From: Octopus vulgaris
Lineage: Eukaryota
Direction of reading: 5' to 3'
DNA: 64,000 nt
Assembly: GCA_951406725.2 (NCBI GenBank)
Contig: OX597816.1
Location: forward strand, 129,022,001 to 129,086,000
Shown here in pieces: positions 25,558 through 37,760 of the stretch (its first letter is position 1; each line of letters starts with the position of its first letter). Made by a program: the position numbers and the translations under genes. The notes under the pieces are model-generated. The model was not told where the DNA came from. It saw nothing but the letters and a program-made list of their open reading frames with translations, and made no database searches.

Positions 25558-28500
25558 GTAGCATCAATTACTTAAAGAGATGATTTTCCCAACTTAAAAA
25601 TCAATTACAAAACTTGTACTCTTATAGCTCTTTAAATTGGTTGTGAAACTTTGATGGCAAGCCAACTTGATAGCATACATGATCAATACATGGCTGAACT
25701 AACAGCAGAAAACATCAGTAAGCACTACACTAACAACTAGTAAATGAGGCATACTTACTGTTTTATTTTATTTTCTAAGTTATATTTTCTTTACTTTTCT
25801 ATGTGTCTGCTTTAGTTATTTTTTTTGTTTTATATTTTTATTACTTTTTTAGCCAACATAAATTCTACTCCGAAAGAAACCATGTTATAAATTAAAGAAT
25901 CACTTCTCCCAAATAGGACTGATAATTCTATAATATTAAACCCTTAAAATTGAATTTATTGCTGCAGTAGCAAATCAAAATCAATTACAACAATAAGATA
26001 TTGCATTTCAGTTATGACGAGCACTTGAAAAATTGATTGGGCCATTCAAATCTTTATGAGTAAAGTAATAAAGGATTTTCTGTGATATGGGTTTGAACTT
26101 AACTCCTTTACTGAACTTATTATTCACCAGTGTACCATCACATGATGCAAGAATATGTCTCACTATTGAACATAAGTCTTACTATTAAAAGTGTGAGAAG
26201 AGTTTGATATGTGAAATGATGCTGAAAATAGGTTAAAAATATTTCTTAGTTGAACCAAAATTACGAAGATTGTCTTTTATTTATTGACTTCTTTTATAGC
26301 TGGTTTGACACCCCATTGGCTAATTCTTTGTCATACCATTCAATGTGCTGGTTTTGCCTTCAAGATGTTTTCTGTTTTTAGAGTTGTACAAAGATGTCTC
26401 ATTGCCAGTCAAGCTGTGCAATTCTCAGCCTTAAGCCCTGTTGATCACAACACTTTATATTTACAATTCTAACAATGGATAGAAATAACACAATCATATC
26501 TCGTATCAGGCCATAATCAATTCTTTTTTTTTTTCTCACACGAATAAAGAGAGCAAATGTTATTCTTGGTAACTGTCAAAGAAATTGAAGACAAAGAATT
26601 CCCAAATCTTCAGGTCTTACATATGTCATATTCCTACATATATTTTTTTTTTATTACAATCATTCTACCTTTAATCAAATGCAAATAACATTAGATTGCA
26701 TTGTAAGGTTTAAATTATATTCAGCTTATGATTATTTTGATAAATTTGTAATGTGACATTATTAAATATAAAAATAAAGTGTGAGCTAAAAGAAAATAAA
26801 ACTTATTTTTAATTGAAAATCTTGTGATATAGAACAGATTAAGAAAAATTTAATTTTAAATATGATTTTCCATCAGACAATATAATTTAAGTTAATGCAA
26901 AAGTTCAATGTTAAAATAGGAGTAAAACCCATCTGTCAGCTGAAAGTCAAAAATAAAAGTAACAAATTGACTACCATATTGAACAAAAACAATGATATAT
27001 AATACCAAGAAACTCACTGGAAATACTGAAATAATCACTGGACCTTCAAATGAGTTACCATCATCATTTAAAATGTCTGGGAAATATATTTTTATACAAT
27101 AGCTAAGAAGAAAAGACATTGTTTAGAGCCCATATGTATTTTTCAAGATCAGAATGTATGATGTTGAGAGATATATAAAACTTAAAGAGTTAAATATTAG
27201 TGAATGGCAGATGTATAAAGAAATAAATATATCCAACTACAAATAGGAGGCTGGGATTTTTGGAGATGAAGCAAAACTATAATCTATTTCAACAGACAAA
27301 GGAAGTCACACACACACAGGAACAGAATTTTAATACAAAGAAGTTTATTGAGAAAGCTAAAGACTTTCTTCTGATGATGATGTAGAAGGATGATAATGAT
27401 GTAGAAAGTTGGTCGGATTAACCCTATTACTATGGAAATCAGATATATCCACTCAAAATTTCATTATCCAAAACTGCAGAAAGCAGTTTTATATACCAAT
27501 CTATCTTTTATTGTGGAATGTCATGTTTGAAACTATTTTCTGTTGAGATATGTCGAGTTTTGAGGCAACATGACTTTCAGAAAATATCAATTCTGTTTCA
27601 TGATAGATCTTAACATAATTACCAGAATAACCATAAAATCTGATTTCACAGTTTAAAGGATTTGTAATATTTCATGAATCTAGAGACAAAGTGAAATTGT
27701 TACATTTGATGTAATTCTGTAAATCTGAAATTATGCAAAAAAAAAATGTTTGCTTGTGATTTGGAATTTCTTTGAGAATTTCTGTAATTTGCTATTACCA
27801 TTCTCATTGTGTTGTAAAGCAAAAACTTTAGTATTTTTAGTTTTAATTAAATGCATAAATATAATGAAATAATGACTTAATCTTGAAGGTGGAACAAAAC
27901 AAACTTTACTCAGGAAAGGTTGAACATTGATTACTCAATAGTAACAAGTGTGAGAAGCCAGTAAATTTTTAACCAATAAGACTGAATGTTGTTTTTTTGT
28001 CACAGGTAAGCCATAACCAAGTAGATATAGGATCAAAAGCATTCCAACCTTGAACATCACATCATCTTCCTCTGTACAGGGAACTCAGATCCAGATTATC
28101 TTTTCCTAAAACCAAGGGACATGATTTGAAGGATATTTGGCTGCTATCTCAAGCAGGTTGAGCAACCCACCCACCCCCATAGAGATAATAAGCAAATTTA
28201 CGGGAACATTGATGGAAAATTTGGCATGGTACAGCAAAATCTGAAAGGGAAAGGCAGAGACCCAACAAAAGAATAGTAGAAAAAGACAACGCAGATTCAA
28301 AAACTGTGGAGATAAATCATTGATAGACAATGCTCCACATGGCGTTAAGGGTTAAATAAAGTTTGATCGATCTTTGCTCATGAGTGAAATTGGGTGGACA
28401 GACACTGTTCAGAAAGCAATCAGCTTGATTGCATTTGTAATTTTAAGGTGCAGCCTCATTGCATTGTGTCACACTGAGAAGCACATTAAAGGCACACATA

Positions 28501-28810
28501 TCTGTGGAATGTTCAGCTAAGTCAATGAACAGCTAATTCAATTGATCAAATGACTGAATACTCATTGTTGGAATCAATGATAAGATCCATTAAGATTTTT
28601 ACTAATACACCATAAGAGTAGATTTTTTTGCTGATATGATTGACTTAACTCTGTCCTTTAGAAAAGTTAACTCATTAGAGAACTAGTATACATAATGGAG
28701 GGGGTGCCTAAAAAGAGCTTGTTAGTTTGATTAATTAATAGTTATTTCCAGGTCTGAGATGCATTTAATCATGAATAATATTCTCTTCACTTATTTGATT
28801 GGACCAAACA

Positions 28811-28884
28811 TCTTGGAAGGCGCTTTATACATGAAGGTAGGGTTAGGGTTACGGTCTTGGAAGACACTTTATACATGAAGGTAG
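28811..28884 (+). repeat. 30-bp direct repeat with telomere-like spacer
   Basis: tcttggaagRcRctttatacatgaaggtag twice, separated by ggttagggttacgg. Confidence 0.8.
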
Positions 28885-29193
28885 AAACTGAAGTATATAA
28901 ATATATATATGTATGTGTAAATATATATGAATAAATATATATATATTATATACATACATGTATGCATGCATATATGTAGGTATGTGTGTGTGTGTGAATA
29001 TGTGTACATAAACATATCTAAATATACATATACATATGTATGTACATATACATGTATGTATATATGTGCATGTCTATGTATGTATGTTGTATGTATGTAT
29101 GTATGTATGTATGTATGTATGTATGTATGTATGTATGTATGTATGCATGTATATGTATAATTGTGTGTGTGTGTGTGGGTGTGGGTGTATTTA

Positions 29194-29400
29194 TATATAA
29201 CTATAAATAAGGGCAAAAGTAAAAATTTTCCTTGCCAATATACTGAAATAGACTCTAAATCATCTTACCACATTAAAATATTTTCACTTTTACTATTACA
29301 TATGTGTCGAATATTTTAATGTAGTTAGATGAATTAGCATTTATTTCAGTATATTGGCAAAAAATTTTTTTTCTTTTGCCCTTATCTATAATTGTATTTA
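29194..29400. repeat. Palindromic element with ~90-bp arms
   Basis: ataagggcaaaag..ttgccaatatactgaaata..cattaaaatatt is mirrored by aatattttaatg..tatttcagtatattggcaa..cttttgcccttat; a related half copy lies at 2922-3005. Confidence 0.85.
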
Positions 29401-29470
29401 TAATTTCACCTTTCAAGGTATTTTTAAATTTTATCCTTTTATTTGAAGTGTATATATAAATATATATATA

Positions 29471-29714
29471 CTAGCAGTATCCCCCGGCGTTGCTCAGGTT
29501 TGTAAGGGAAATAACTATATAAGCATTTTTAGAGAGTTAAAATGGAAAAAAATCGTAGACTCATTGTAGACGCGCGCTAATACCCAGAAGGGCTCGATAT
29601 GAATCACGACTATAAGATACCCGCTTTTGGTTACACTGCACCGCAAAATGTGGGAGTAGTTAGAAATCTAAATCGTAGGAGACAGACACACAACTTGACT
29701 TTTATATATAAAGA
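29471..29714 (-). mobile_element. Non-autonomous Helitron, tandem unit 1
   Basis: Minus strand runs 5'-TC..GC-rich hairpin..CTAG-3' followed by T. Confidence 0.85.
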
Positions 29715-30106
29715 CTAGCAGTATCGCCCGGCGTTGCTCGGGTTTGTAAGGGAAATAACTATATAAGCATTTTTAGAGAGTTATAGCCCAAAAATAGCAA
29801 AAAATGCATTAAAAATGAAAAAAAGTGATGGTAAATTTTTTTTAAATCGTTGACTCATCGTAGACATTTTTAGAGAGTTACTTCCCTAATATAATAGCGA
29901 AAAAAATGCATTAAAATGGAAAAAAATTATGGTAATTTTTTTTTTAAATCGTAGACTCATCGTAGAGGTGCGCTAATACCCAGAAGGGCTCGATATGAAT
30001 CACAACTATAAGATACCCGGTTTTGGTTAAACTACACTGCAAAATGTGGGAGTAGTTAGGAATCAAATCGTAGGTGACAGACACACAACCTTACTTTTAT
30101 ATATAA

Positions 30107-30109
<3 letters not shown>
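29715..30109 (-). mobile_element. Non-autonomous Helitron, tandem unit 2
   Basis: A|TCTTTATATATAAAAG .. cccgagcaacgccggg-cgatactg-CTAG, joined directly to the TC of unit 1. Confidence 0.88.
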
Positions 30110-30149
<40 letters not shown>

Positions 30150-30315
30150 TCATTGTCACAAATTTCCATTTGACCCTAACTGCCAAGGATTTGGTGACCT
30201 TCTGTGTCTGTTTTTCATTTGTTTGTACATATATATATATATATGTGACCTCGTGTGTACCGTTGGCGATTTTTTTTCCTCTGTCTTCCCTTCTCTGGAT
30301 CTTTCCTTCTCCTAT

Positions 30316-30350
30316 GTTTCTGACAAAGAGCTCCACTCAAAACGTTAAAC
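30316..30350 (+). ncRNA. Minimal type-I HHR (CpG-decayed) in a ~200-bp element (30246-30447) within (TA)n
   Basis: gttt-CTGACAA-a-gagc-tcc-actc-AAAAC-GT-T-aaac. Reverting three CpA to CpG restores CUGACGA, GAGC/GCUC and GAAACGUU; the 4-bp stem I is perfect. Confidence 0.7.
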
Positions 30351-30530
30351 CCTCCTTCTTTCCTTCTTTCCTGAGCGTCCAATAATACTATATTTGTTCC
30401 ATGTCCTCACGTTGTTGTCTTTTTTGTGCTTTCTTGTTTGGAATAACTATATATATATATATATTTATGCATGTATATATAAATATGTGTGTTGTGTCTG
30501 TGTGTAATGTATGTATGCATATATATATAA

Positions 30531-30938
30531 ACCACAAATGCAGTTTAAAATTTAAGACACCTGTTTTGTTTAGATTTTGTTGATGCATCCATAGATTACA
30601 TCATGCCATTATATTTGCCATCTTTAGGTAAATCAGGTATAAACAGGTGAGATAATACCTTGCTGGTGATGAATCTAGCCAACATTTTTGGACAGATGTT
30701 GTTTTAAAAAGTAACGTTTGAATTTATAGAGAAATTAGAAAGAATGGCTATAAAAGGCATGCATGAAGCAAAGAGTGCGAATGAATCTTATTTCAAAACA
30801 GTTATCTTAATTAGTTTATAGCCAAAACTGGGGGATGAGGGCGATGAAGTTGAGGACGTCCAGGAAACACAGACATGCTGTAGTCAACAGATGACCTTAA
30901 AGTCATTAAAGCCAGGAAGATATCTTGTCAGTTAAGTG
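30531..30938 (-). mobile_element. PLE pLTR-like repeat, inverted partner of 32227-32620
   Basis: About 400 bp of inverted similarity (e.g. gttatcttaattagtttatagccaaaactg versus cagttttggctataaactaattaagataac). Confidence 0.75.
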
Positions 30939-31519
30939 AGATAAAAGAAAGCAAACCTCAGGGCAGCAGAAAGTCATAAAACTGTCATCACACATTGATG
31001 CACTTGTACACACACACACACACACAACTATATATACATATATATACACATACACATAAACACACACATACGCAAACACACACACATACATTTACACATA
31101 CATATACATATACACACATACATATATATAGAAAAACACATAGTATATGTACACACACACACATATATATGCACATATACATGCACACACACACATACTC
31201 ATTCATATATATACACACATTCACACACACACACACATATATATAATGGAATAATTACTATGTAGCATTGTGTAGAATATATTGTTCTGGCCTTACTCAC
31301 AATCCTTTATACAATATATATATATATATATATATATACATACACATATATACACACATCCACACATGCACACACACACACATATATGTATACATATACA
31401 CGTGCCTACGTGCACACACACATACACACACATTCATCCCTGAATTTATATACTTATATAAAAATATAGAGATATAAACCAAACAATATAATACAAAAAA
31501 AAAAGATATATAAGAAAGT

Positions 31520-32010
31520 GTAAGTGAATAACAGTTAATTAGGAGGTCATACACTGGATTATCAAATACTTCATTATTTCTTGAATACAGACTTTGCAAA
31601 CAAATATAATGAGAATGCCTAACCAGGATCCTGATGACATAATGTAGCATATAACTTAAGCTGTATTTAAAGATTTAAATGATATCTAAGTGAGACGAGT
31701 ATACTTACTTTACAGGGTACAGTTAAATAGAAGCTAAGACGTATTATTTGAAGCCTATTAGGTTACTGGTTTCAAAAATGAAGATGTGCTTCTAATAGGA
31801 TAAGAGCATTTCACACTAAGTTCATTAGATTTGTTAAAGATATTACCTGAACATTTGAGTATTTCCCATAATTTAGCACAGCAAAGGGTGCACCCATACC
31901 TATAATTTAAATAGGGTAATGCATATTTTATTTCGCTCAAGGTAATTTGGAATCTAATTTCTTTCTCTTTTAATTCCCAATTTTTTTCCACAAGTGATGT
32001 AACCATAGCC
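31520..32010 (-). pseudogene. Possible highly decayed PLE C-terminus (GIY-YIG-like)
   Basis: With frameshifts reads ..LPYL..FLKPV..LFNC/PCKSKYTRLT/RYHLN..IQE..LII, resembling YxFxCxCxxxYIGxTxRHL; lies between inverted pLTR-like repeats. Confidence 0.3.
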
Positions 32011-32226
32011 TTATTATGATTATTGAAAATATAAGACTGGTTATATATTCTCTGCTTGAATTTGTAAGAAGTAGAACCAATATAGGTAAAAGATTTTAGG
32101 TTAATTATTACATCACATCTATAAATGATAGTTAGAGGGTGTATGAGTTGGTTTTTAAAATTACATAATTTAGGAAATTTATGGCCAATAGTGCTTCTAG
32201 TATTATCTAAGAAGCAATTAATTGAC

Positions 32227-32620
32227 CGCTAAACTAACAAGATATCTTCCTGGCTTTAATGAACTTAAGGATACCTCTTGGCTACAGCATGTCTGGGTTT
32301 CTTGCACGTCCTCATTGTCAGTTTTGGCTATAAACTAATTAAGATAACTATTTTGAAATAATGTAGTCATTTAATTTCTTTGCTTCTTGCTTGTCCATTA
32401 TAGCCACACCTCCTAATTTCTCTATACATTCGAATGCCATTTTTTGAAACACCACTTATCAGAAAATGCTGGTTGGACTCATCATCGTCAAGGTGTTTTC
32501 TCACCTGTTTATAAAATTTTACCTGAAGATGGTGGGTGATGTACTATGATGTAATCTATGAATACATGAATAATATTCTACTGAAACAGCTGCTGTGAAT
32601 TTTAAACACTATTTGTGTTC
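32227..32620 (+). mobile_element. PLE pLTR-like repeat with HHR-like motif
   Basis: CTGAAGA-t-ggtgg..(long loop)..ctact-GAAACAGCTG at 32523-32592. Confidence 0.7.
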
Positions 32621-32836
32621 TCTTTTATACCTATGCCACACCTAGAACAAACCCCAGAGTTGGATCTACTGTAAAAATTGGATTTGATACTTACATATCT
32701 ATGGTATCCTGCCAACACATGATACCTTCATAGTGGTTTTACCTCACTGTGAACCCTATTATATTGTATATAACCATTTGGTGCATCTTACATTTTGCTG
32801 TGCCAAGATTCTAATGAATCTTTTAACTAAGATAGG

Positions 32837-33531
32837 ATACATGCATACACACATACATACACATACATGCATGTGCACACACAAATGCACATACACACAC
32901 ATACATATACATACATACATACACACACATACATGCACATGTACACACAAATGCACACACACACGTACATACATACATATATACATACATACACATACAT
33001 GAATATGCACACACAAATGCACACTCACACATTCAAACACACACACACATACATACATACATACATACATACATACATACATACACATACATGCACATGC
33101 ACACACAAATGCACACACACACATACATACATATATACATATATACATACATACACATACATGCATATGCACACACAAATGCACTCACGCATGCAGACAC
33201 ACACACATACACATACATACATACATACATACATACATACATACACACACACATACATACATACATACATACATGCATACATATATACATACACATACAT
33301 GCACATGCACACACACACACACACATACATACATATATACATATATACATACATACATACACATACATGCATATGCACACACAAATGCACACTCACGCAT
33401 GCAGACACACACACACTTACACATACATACATACATACATACATACATACATACATACATACATACATACATACATACATACATACATACATACATACAT
33501 ACATACATACATACATGCATACATACATACA
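32837..33531. repeat. Compound (TACA)n/(CA)n satellite with higher-order units
   Basis: gcacacacaaatgcac recurs among TACA runs. Confidence 0.9.
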
Positions 33532-33935
33532 AATAGAAAAAAATGAATAGCTGGAAAAGATTAGGAAGTGCATGAGAAGTTTAGCTGTGAAATCTATAGA
33601 TATGACACCATTTGATTAGTTTCATGTTTTCACATAGAGATAAAGTTTTCTCTGAAAAATATCTGCACCTTGCATCAGATTGTATGTTTACTTATACATG
33701 TAAAAAAGTTTTTCATGCTTTGTCAGAGTTTCAATGATTTCTGGCTTCAGTTTTAATTTTCAGCCCATAGAGTAAAACCACTTTTAACAGGAACACACAC
33801 ACACACACACTCAAACACACATATGTATGTATATATATATATATATATATATACATACATATATATATATATATACACACTCACATATATACATATGTAT
33901 ACATACATATGTGTTTGTATAAACATATATATATT

Positions 33936-33967
<32 letters not shown>

Positions 33968-34345
33968 CTAGCAGTATCGCCCGGCGTTGCTCAGGTTTGT
34001 AAGGGAAATAACTATAAAGCATTTTTAGAGAGTTATAGCCAAAAAATAGCAAAAAAATGGGGAAAAAATGATGGTAAATTTTTTTTTAGTTAAAAAAGGT
34101 GGAGTTGCGTCCCCTAGACAGTTTGCGGTTTCTGTTTCTGATTCTCGACCCCATGTCGAATTTATCGATTTTTTTCAGAACTGGGGGAACTTTTCAAAAT
34201 TTTCACTGCGTTAGTTTTGAATTATGACATTGGGCTATGTGTGTGTCAAGTTTCATCAGAATCGGTTGAAAGCCGTGGTCAGGGTGAGGGTACAAGCAAA
34301 CAGACACACAGAAACACACACAGACAAACTGCCGTTTATATAGAG

Positions 34346-34346
<1 letters not shown>
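33968..34346 (-). mobile_element. Non-autonomous Helitron
   Basis: Same 3' end as 29715 (ctagcagtatcgcccggcgttgctc on +), different 5' interior, A|TC start; inserted in (TA)n. Confidence 0.85.
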
Positions 34347-34379
<33 letters not shown>

Positions 34380-34649
34380 ATATATATATGTATGTATATA
34401 TATATATATGTATATATATATATGTACATATTAACTTATATATGCAATATATATGTTTTTCATATGTGTGATATTCTGTGTTAGTGTGTCAGTGTGTGTG
34501 TGAGTGCATGTAAGTACATGCATGTGTACCCATGTGTGTGTTTGTGTGTGTGTGTGTGTATGTGTATTTGTGTGTGTGCGTGTGTAGGTGTGTATGAGTG
34601 TGTGTGTGTGGAAAGTACTGCAAACGTCACTGTAACTCAACTTCACAAA

Positions 34650-34788
34650 TTTTTATGAAGCTTTTCAAGTTTACATATTTCATTCTTTATTGTATTATTT
34701 AAAAATTTTCAACAGTACAATAAGAAACAGTACAATAAAAGGATACAATAAAAATGCAAATAAGAAGACTTGAAAAGCTTCATAGAAA
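34650..34788. repeat. Imperfect palindrome with ~45-bp arms
   Basis: tatgaagcttttcaagt..tttattgta versus tacaataaa..acttgaaaagcttcata. Confidence 0.75.
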
Positions 34789-35111
34789 GTGTTTTTTAAT
34801 GAATGTTAGTCTTGTTCTCTACATGACATGCTTGAAAGGAAAACTGCTCCTCTTTCATGTTCGTTTGTCTGTCTCTGCCTCTGCTTGTATGTATGGATGT
34901 CTTTTTTCTTCTTTTTATTTATTAGTGTTCTTTCTTGAACAAGGGAACTGATTTCTCACAATGAAGCAAAATCTCTATCACTGGAGTTTGGGTAACAACA
35001 ATGATAACCATTGAACTTTTAAAAAAGGTTTGAATTTTAAAAAAGTCTTGCCTATTTTTACTGTTCCACTAACAGACTGTATCTGTATAGTTTGTGTTAG
35101 CTAGTCTCTTA

Positions 35112-35367
35112 AAATAAATAAATGCGCCCTTCTAAAGCCTAGCCAGGCTCATGGGCCTCGTTTCCTGGTTTCTTTGGCAAATGTGGTCCCCAGCTGGACG
35201 GGACGCCAGTCAATTGCAGCATTACTCATTTTTGCCAGCTGAGTGGACTGGAGCAACATGAAATGAAGTGTTTTGCTCAAGAACACAACGCATCGCCCGG
35301 TCCAGGAATCGAAACAATTTTGTGATCATGGTGCTGACACCCTAACCACTAAGCCACGTGCCTCCAC
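35112..35367 (-). mobile_element. Full-length tRNA-derived SINE with V-domain-like segment and 13-bp TSD
   Basis: A-box tggcttagtgg, B-box gtttcgattcc, segment gactggcgtcccgtccag; agctagtctctta at 35099-35111 and 35368-35380. Confidence 0.85.
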
Positions 35368-35454
35368 AGCTAGTCTCTTACTTTGATGGAAAATCCTAGC
35401 TTCTCCAGAGAGTAGTTTAGACATTTGCTAACATAACCAATGATTATCAGCATT

Positions 35455-35703
35455 CTTTTATTTTTTTATTTGTTTCAATCATTTGACTGCAGCCATGCTG
35501 GAGCACTGCTTTGAAGTGTTTTTTTGTCGAACAATTCTACCCCAGGACTTATTTTTAAGCCAAGTACTTATTTTACAGTCTCATTGCTGAACCACTAAGC
35601 TATGGGGATGTAAACATACCAACACTGGTTGTCAAGCGATGATAGGGAGACAAACACAGACAGAAACACACATATGTAGATGCACACATGCACACACATA
35701 CAC

Positions 35704-35772
<69 letters not shown>

Positions 35773-36447
35773 TATATATATATAGAAAACAAAGTTATTT
35801 TATTCCACATGGGTAGAAATATAGGAAAATAGAAGTTGAAAATGCTTTGAGAATAGTTAAAACATTTTTTTTTATTTCTGTATTTGAAGCTTTAACTGGT
35901 TTCACAGTTTATAATGACTTTCAAAAAGTTCAAATAGAAAGATGTGGCTTATGTCGTAGCTGTCTTGGTTCTAACTAGTGTTTGAATTTTGCCGTGTTTT
36001 TATAGGAGGTTCATAGCTCAAATTAGTATATGTTTAGTATATGCTTTCAAAACGTATATTAATTTGAGCCATGAACTCCCTATAAAAACAGGGCAAACTT
36101 CAAACACTAGTCAGAAGCAAGACAGCTGTGATATAAGCCTCATCTTTCTATTTGAACTTTTTGAAAATCAGTGTAAACTGTGAAACCGTTAAAGCTTTAA
36201 ATGTATTAATAAAAAATATTTTAAATTCTCAGTGCATTTTCAACTTCTATTTTCCCTATATATATATATATATATACATACATATATATATATATATGAC
36301 AGGCTTCTTTCAATTTCTGTCAACCAAATCCACTCACAAGGCTTTGGTCAGTTATAGTAGAAAGTTGCCCAAGGTGTCATGAAGTGGGACTGAACACAAA
36401 ACTCTGTGGTTGGGAAACAAGCGTCTTACCACACAGCCATGCCAGCA
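35455..36447 (-). mobile_element. SINE family A split by a palindromic insertion
   Basis: Tail at 35455-35680 and head at 36298-36447, same orientation. Confidence 0.8.
35820..36260. repeat. ~440-bp palindrome
   Basis: tataggaaaatagaagttgaaaatgc..gctcaaatta is mirrored by taatttgagc..gcattttcaacttctattttccctata, with a short central loop. Confidence 0.92.
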
Positions 36448-36732
36448 CCAATAAATTTATAATCAGGGTAGAAGATTTGTAGGTTTTAAGGCAGTTGTCT
36501 AAAGATATTCCTCTTGTCACTAATGTAGAAAGAGATGTTCACTCCTGCGGAACAACTAAAATCTATGACTCTACAGGATTTTTCTTTCCAATCTCAAATA
36601 ACTTTGTCAGATCCGTAATATTTGCACTTGGTAGAAGTTTTGAAGGGAACATCCCACCAATATTCCTTGTACTAATATGTATGTATGTATGTATGTATGG
36701 ATGGATGGATGGATGGATGCTTGTATGTATCA

Positions 36733-37014
36733 TGAGGTAATATTTATCCCCACAGTTGCATACTGGGGTCAATCTAATCGACTGGCCCCCTCCTCCAAAA
36801 TTTCAGGCCTTGTACCTAGAGTAGAAAAGAATATTTATCCCCACTTAAATGTGGATGTTCTGTTAGAACATACTAGACTGCAGTAGATACCATGAGTCTC
36901 ATCTTCCCACATTTTGCACCCAAAGCCAATATGAGAGTTTCTCTCATGGTATATACCGCAGTATAGTTTGTTCTAACAGAACAATATTTAAATGGGGATA
37001 AATATTACCACTCA
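36733..37014. repeat. Palindromic element with a SINE B fragment (36754-36829, 15-bp TSD) in its left arm
   Basis: Arms ggtaatatttatcccca..tgttctgttagaaca..taccatgag; aatatttatccccac at 36739-36753 and 36830-36844. Confidence 0.85.
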
Positions 37015-37117
37015 ATATTAATACTGACTCTGTTGCTTAAATATATTTTTTAACAAGCTCACTAGCCATGGCACTGTCTTTCTATTTACAGCTGGCAGGT
37101 AGATATCTGTATTTGGG

Positions 37118-37325
37118 ATCATCATCATCATTGTTCGACCATGGTCAAGACAGTGGAATTTACCATGCTCCGCCAGACTTCATGGTCCATCATGGCATTA
37201 CGGAGGTCCTGTTGCTGGATGTCTGTATCCCTGGAGATTACATCAGGGTAGGAGAGTGTGCGCCCTCTGGTATTGCGAGTAGATGGCTTCCAGAGGAGAA
37301 GAGTAGAAATTACCTCTTTTGTAGA
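37118..37325 (-). mobile_element. Second RTE-clade LINE 3' end
   Basis: EVISTLLLWKPS..RGRTLSYPDVISRDT..DLRNAMMDHEVWRSMV followed by a (TGA)n tail. Confidence 0.8.
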
Positions 37326-37489
37326 AGAAATTCTCCTCTCTAGAGACATAAAAACCTGCAAGATTCTGAAAGTGGCAGCAAATTTCCGCAGAAACATTAA
37401 TATCAAATGACTATTTCAGAAAAAAAGAGGATGTTGAAGGCCTTTAAGTGCTGTATGATATCACTCAAACAGCAGCATTTGCTAATGAT

Positions 37490-37760
37490 AAATGGAAGGG
37501 TTACTGCATCAGTAGTCGAATAGGACAAAACCCTGAAGCATTGGAACCTGGCAGTGAACTGTTGCTTCCAACCTATGGCATTTGAGATGTTTGAAGGGAC
37601 TGGACCACTAACAGCAAAGTTCTTGTCATTGTTGGTAGCTTGACTCACCAAGGTTTCAGGTGATGCCTGTGAGGATAGTTGGCTTTTCTGACACCTTAGT
37701 CTCACCATCACCTGTGATAAAGCTGTGAGCATGCTGTGTTGCTTCAGTAGGTTCCATTGT
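37490..37760 (+). mobile_element. CRE-clade retrotransposon relic (REL endonuclease C-terminus)
   Basis: Plus frame ASVVE*DKTLKHWNLAVNCCFQPMAFEMFEGTGPLTAKFLSLLVA*LTKVSGDACEDSWLF*HLSLTITCDKAVSML matches the AExxKxxKY..FxPxAxETxG..SGDxRExxxLxQRLSxAIxRGNA pattern. Confidence 0.65.

Noticed and set aside
26800-28356. Possible full piggyBac element ending at ..aagggttaa
   Set aside because: No matching left TIR or transposase motifs could be identified by eye.
32733-33573. Long ORFs up to 227 aa rich in H/T/Y/I or C/V/M
   Set aside because: Translations of (TACA)n/(CA)n repeats; the same applies to the YIYI, CVCV and HTHT ORFs throughout the window.
33615-33680. Minus-strand CTGATGC..GAAAC HHR-like pairing
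   Set aside because: Core mismatch and no stem I.
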